Assembly: GCA_963806585.1 (NCBI GenBank)
Contig: CAWDYN010000007.1
Location: 377,375-441,374, forward strand
Source: an uncultured Thermoleophilia bacterium
Lineage (GTDB): Bacteria; Actinomycetota; Thermoleophilia; Miltoncostaeales; Miltoncostaeaceae
DNA: 64,000 nucleotides
Reading direction: 5' to 3'
The notes beneath the pieces were generated by a model. That model was given only the letters and a program-made list of their open reading frames with translations, was not told where the DNA came from and made no database searches. Of the stretch, positions 61,749-64,000 are shown piece after piece. Position 1 is the first letter of the stretch. Each line of letters opens with the position of its first letter. The position numbers and the translations under genes are program-made.

Positions 61749-63945
61749 GCGTCGAGGAGCCGCGGCAGGGCGTCGAAGCGCTGCAGCACCGCGGCGCGCA
61801 GCAGCCGGTTCTCGGGCCGCGACAGGTTCGGGTCGGCGGCCAGCGTGCGCCGGGCGACGTGCCGTGCCTCGGCCAGCTCGCGGCGGTCCCGCGACGAGCC
61901 GCGCGAAGCGCAGGTCGGTGGGCCCCGCCTGGCGCAGCCCCAGGATGCTGCCCTCGCCGCGGATCTCCAGGTCGAGCTCGGCCAGCCGGAAGCCGTCGTT
62001 GGTCTGCGTGAGGGCCTCCAGGCGGCGCGCGCCGTCCTCGGTGGGCGGGCTCGGCGAAGAGCATGCAGAGGCCCGGATGCTCGCCCCGCCCGACGCGGCC
62101 GCGCAGCTGGTGCAGCTGGGCCATGCCGAAGCGGTCGGCGTCCTCGATCAGGATCATGGTCGCGTTGGCGACGTCGATGCCGACCTCGACGACCGTCGTC
62201 GCCACCAGCAGGTCGGTGCGGCCCTCGGCGAAGTCGAGCATCGCGGCGCGCTTCTCGTCGGTCGGCCTGCGGCGCCGTGGACCAGGCCGACCGAGAAGGC
62301 CGCGAAGGGGCCGGAGCGCAGCCGCTGCGCCTCGGTGGTGGCGGCCCGGGCCTCCGCGGCCGCGCCCTCCTCGACCAGGGCGCAGATCACGTAGGCCTGG
62401 CGCCCCGCCCGCAGCGCCCCGCGCACACGCTCGTAGGCCCGCTCGCGCTCCTGCTCGCGCACCCACGCGGTCTCCACCGGCGAGCGCCCCGGCGGGCGGG
62501 TGCGGATCGTCGACACGGTCAGGTCGCCGTAGGCGGTCAGCGCCAGCGTGCGCGGGATGGGCGTGGCGGTCATGTAGAGGATGTGGGCGGCGCCGTCGCC
62601 CCCCGCGGTCCGCTCCGCGAGCGCCTGGCGCTGCTCCACGCCGAAGCGGTGCTGCTCATCGACCACCACCAGGCCGAGGCGGTCGAACTCCACCCCCTCG
62701 GACAGGAGCGCCTGGGTCCCCACCACCACCGGCGCCGTGCCCGAGCTCAGCGCCAGCCGGCGCCGCTCGCGCTCGGCCTTGGGCACGCGGCCGGTCAGGA
62801 GCACGGGCGCGATGCCCGCGGGGCGCCAGGAGGCCGTCGAGGGTGCGCAGGTGCTGCTCGGCCAGGGTCTCGGTGGGCACGAGGATCGCGGCCTGCGCGC
62901 CGGCCTCGACGGCCTGGCACATGGCGAGCACCGCCACCAGCGTCTTGCCCGAGCCGACCTCCCCCTGGAGCAGGCGCCGCATCGGCCGGGTGCGCGTGAG
63001 GTCGCGCGCGATCTGCCCGCGCGGCGCGCCGCTGGGCCGGGGTCAGGGAGAACGGCAGCGCCGCCAGCAGCGGGGCCGACAGCGCGCCGGTGGCGGCGAG
63101 CACGGGCGCCGCGCCGGTGTCGGCCTGGCGCCTGCGCACGGCCTCGAGGCCGAGCTGGAGGACCACGAGCTCCTCCACCACCAGCCGGCGCCGCCCGAGC
63201 AGGCTCTCGCGGCGCGAGCGCGGGAAGTGGACCGCCACCAGCGCGTCGGCCGCGCCCGGGCAGCGCGAGGCGCTCGCGCACCCAGGCCGGCAGGCGCTCC
63301 GGGGCCGCGCGCGCCAGCGGCCGGGCCAGGTCGACCAGCTCGCGGATGCGCCGCACCGGCATCTGCTCGGACGCCGGGTACACGGGCACCAGCCCCCGGG
63401 TGTGGAGCCCCTCGGAGCCCGGCCCCCCGATGACCTCGTGCGTGCGCACGGCGATCTCGCGCCGGCCCTCCGCCCCCACCTTGCCCCGCAGGAGCAGCTC
63501 GTCGCCGGGCTGCAGGATCCGGGCCAGATGCTCCTGGTTGAACCAGGTCGCCGTGATCGCGCCGCTGTCGTCGTGCACGCGCGCCCGCACCAGGCGCAGG
63601 CTGCGCCGCCGGGTGGGGCGCACGGAGATGTCGTCGAGGCGCACGCGCACGGTCACCTCCTCCCCCGCCCTCAGCCCGGCCAGCGGGCGCACGTCCTGGT
63701 CGAAGGCCTCGTAGCGCATGGGCAGGTGCTCCAGCAGGCGGCCGATCATGTCGATGCCCGAGCGCCGCCGCCCGGCGCGCGGTGGTGCTGCCCACGCCCG
63801 GAAGCTCGGTGATCGGGGCGTCCACCACGCCGGGCCGGGCGTCGCGGGGGCGGGCGGCGCCGGCCACGGGGCCCCGCGGCCGAGGCCCAGCGGCGGGGTC
63901 GGTACGGGCGTCACATCCGCCGGTGGCGGTTGCGCTGGGCGGCAT
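61745..63945 (-). CDS. recG: ATP-dependent DNA helicase RecG (frameshifted)
   Basis: WFNQ wedge, [61 protein letters not shown]. Confidence 0.96.
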
Positions 63946-64000
63946 GAAACGAGCATAATCCGGGGCCGCTCGGACGCCTGCCGCGTCCTCACCGACGGCG

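Noticed and set aside
11900-64000. Mass pseudogenisation or programmed frameshifting
   Set aside because: Indels hit essential genes (rplS, rpsP, ffh, coaD, trmD) at scattered, often homopolymer or GC-run sites while protein motifs stay conserved; best explained by consensus error.

Overview
Chromosomal window from a very high-GC bacterium (about three-quarters G+C by eye). Gene content and the style of the secreted proteins suggest Actinomycetota, most likely class Thermoleophilia (inference). No rRNA, tRNA, CRISPR array, transposase, integrase or prophage gene was recognised. From about 12 kb onward many genes, including essential ones (rplS, rpsP, ffh, coaD, trmD), are split by 1-2 nt indels, so these are read as long-read consensus errors rather than pseudogenes; coordinates of such genes are reconstructed across frames. 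Left part (1-21 kb): stress and accessory genes (SAM methyltransferase, M23 peptidase, BNR beta-propeller + MoaD/ThiS pair, SDR, SF2 helicase, MMPL, compact PBP4, MFS/TetR, RecQ, USP, Ser/Thr kinase). Middle (21-41 kb): histidine kinase-trpF-trpB-trpA-amidase operon divergent from two response regulators (one behind a sigma28/FliA-WhiG-type promoter), corA-HIT-manB-ABC, mqnE, a DUF1802/ferredoxin operon, an IDH/IPMDH-family operon, a MenA-like prenyltransferase and a fused PafBC WYL regulator. Right part (41-64 kb): dprA-comM, an oppositely oriented block (VOC, subtilase, FN3-like protein, gene fragment, yraN), then the conserved core run rnhB-rplS-trmD-rimM-khpA-rpsP-ffh-ftsY-smc-rnc-acpP-plsX-rpmF-yceD-coaD-rsmD-recG. 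Best leads: the sigma28-linked three-component signalling module with phased TACC boxes; the flipped yraN block bounded by a palindrome at comM; the orphan PafBC fusion beside dprA/comM; the BNR propeller + ubiquitin-like pair; and recurrent stop-codon damage at CTAG sites hinting at CTAG methylation.
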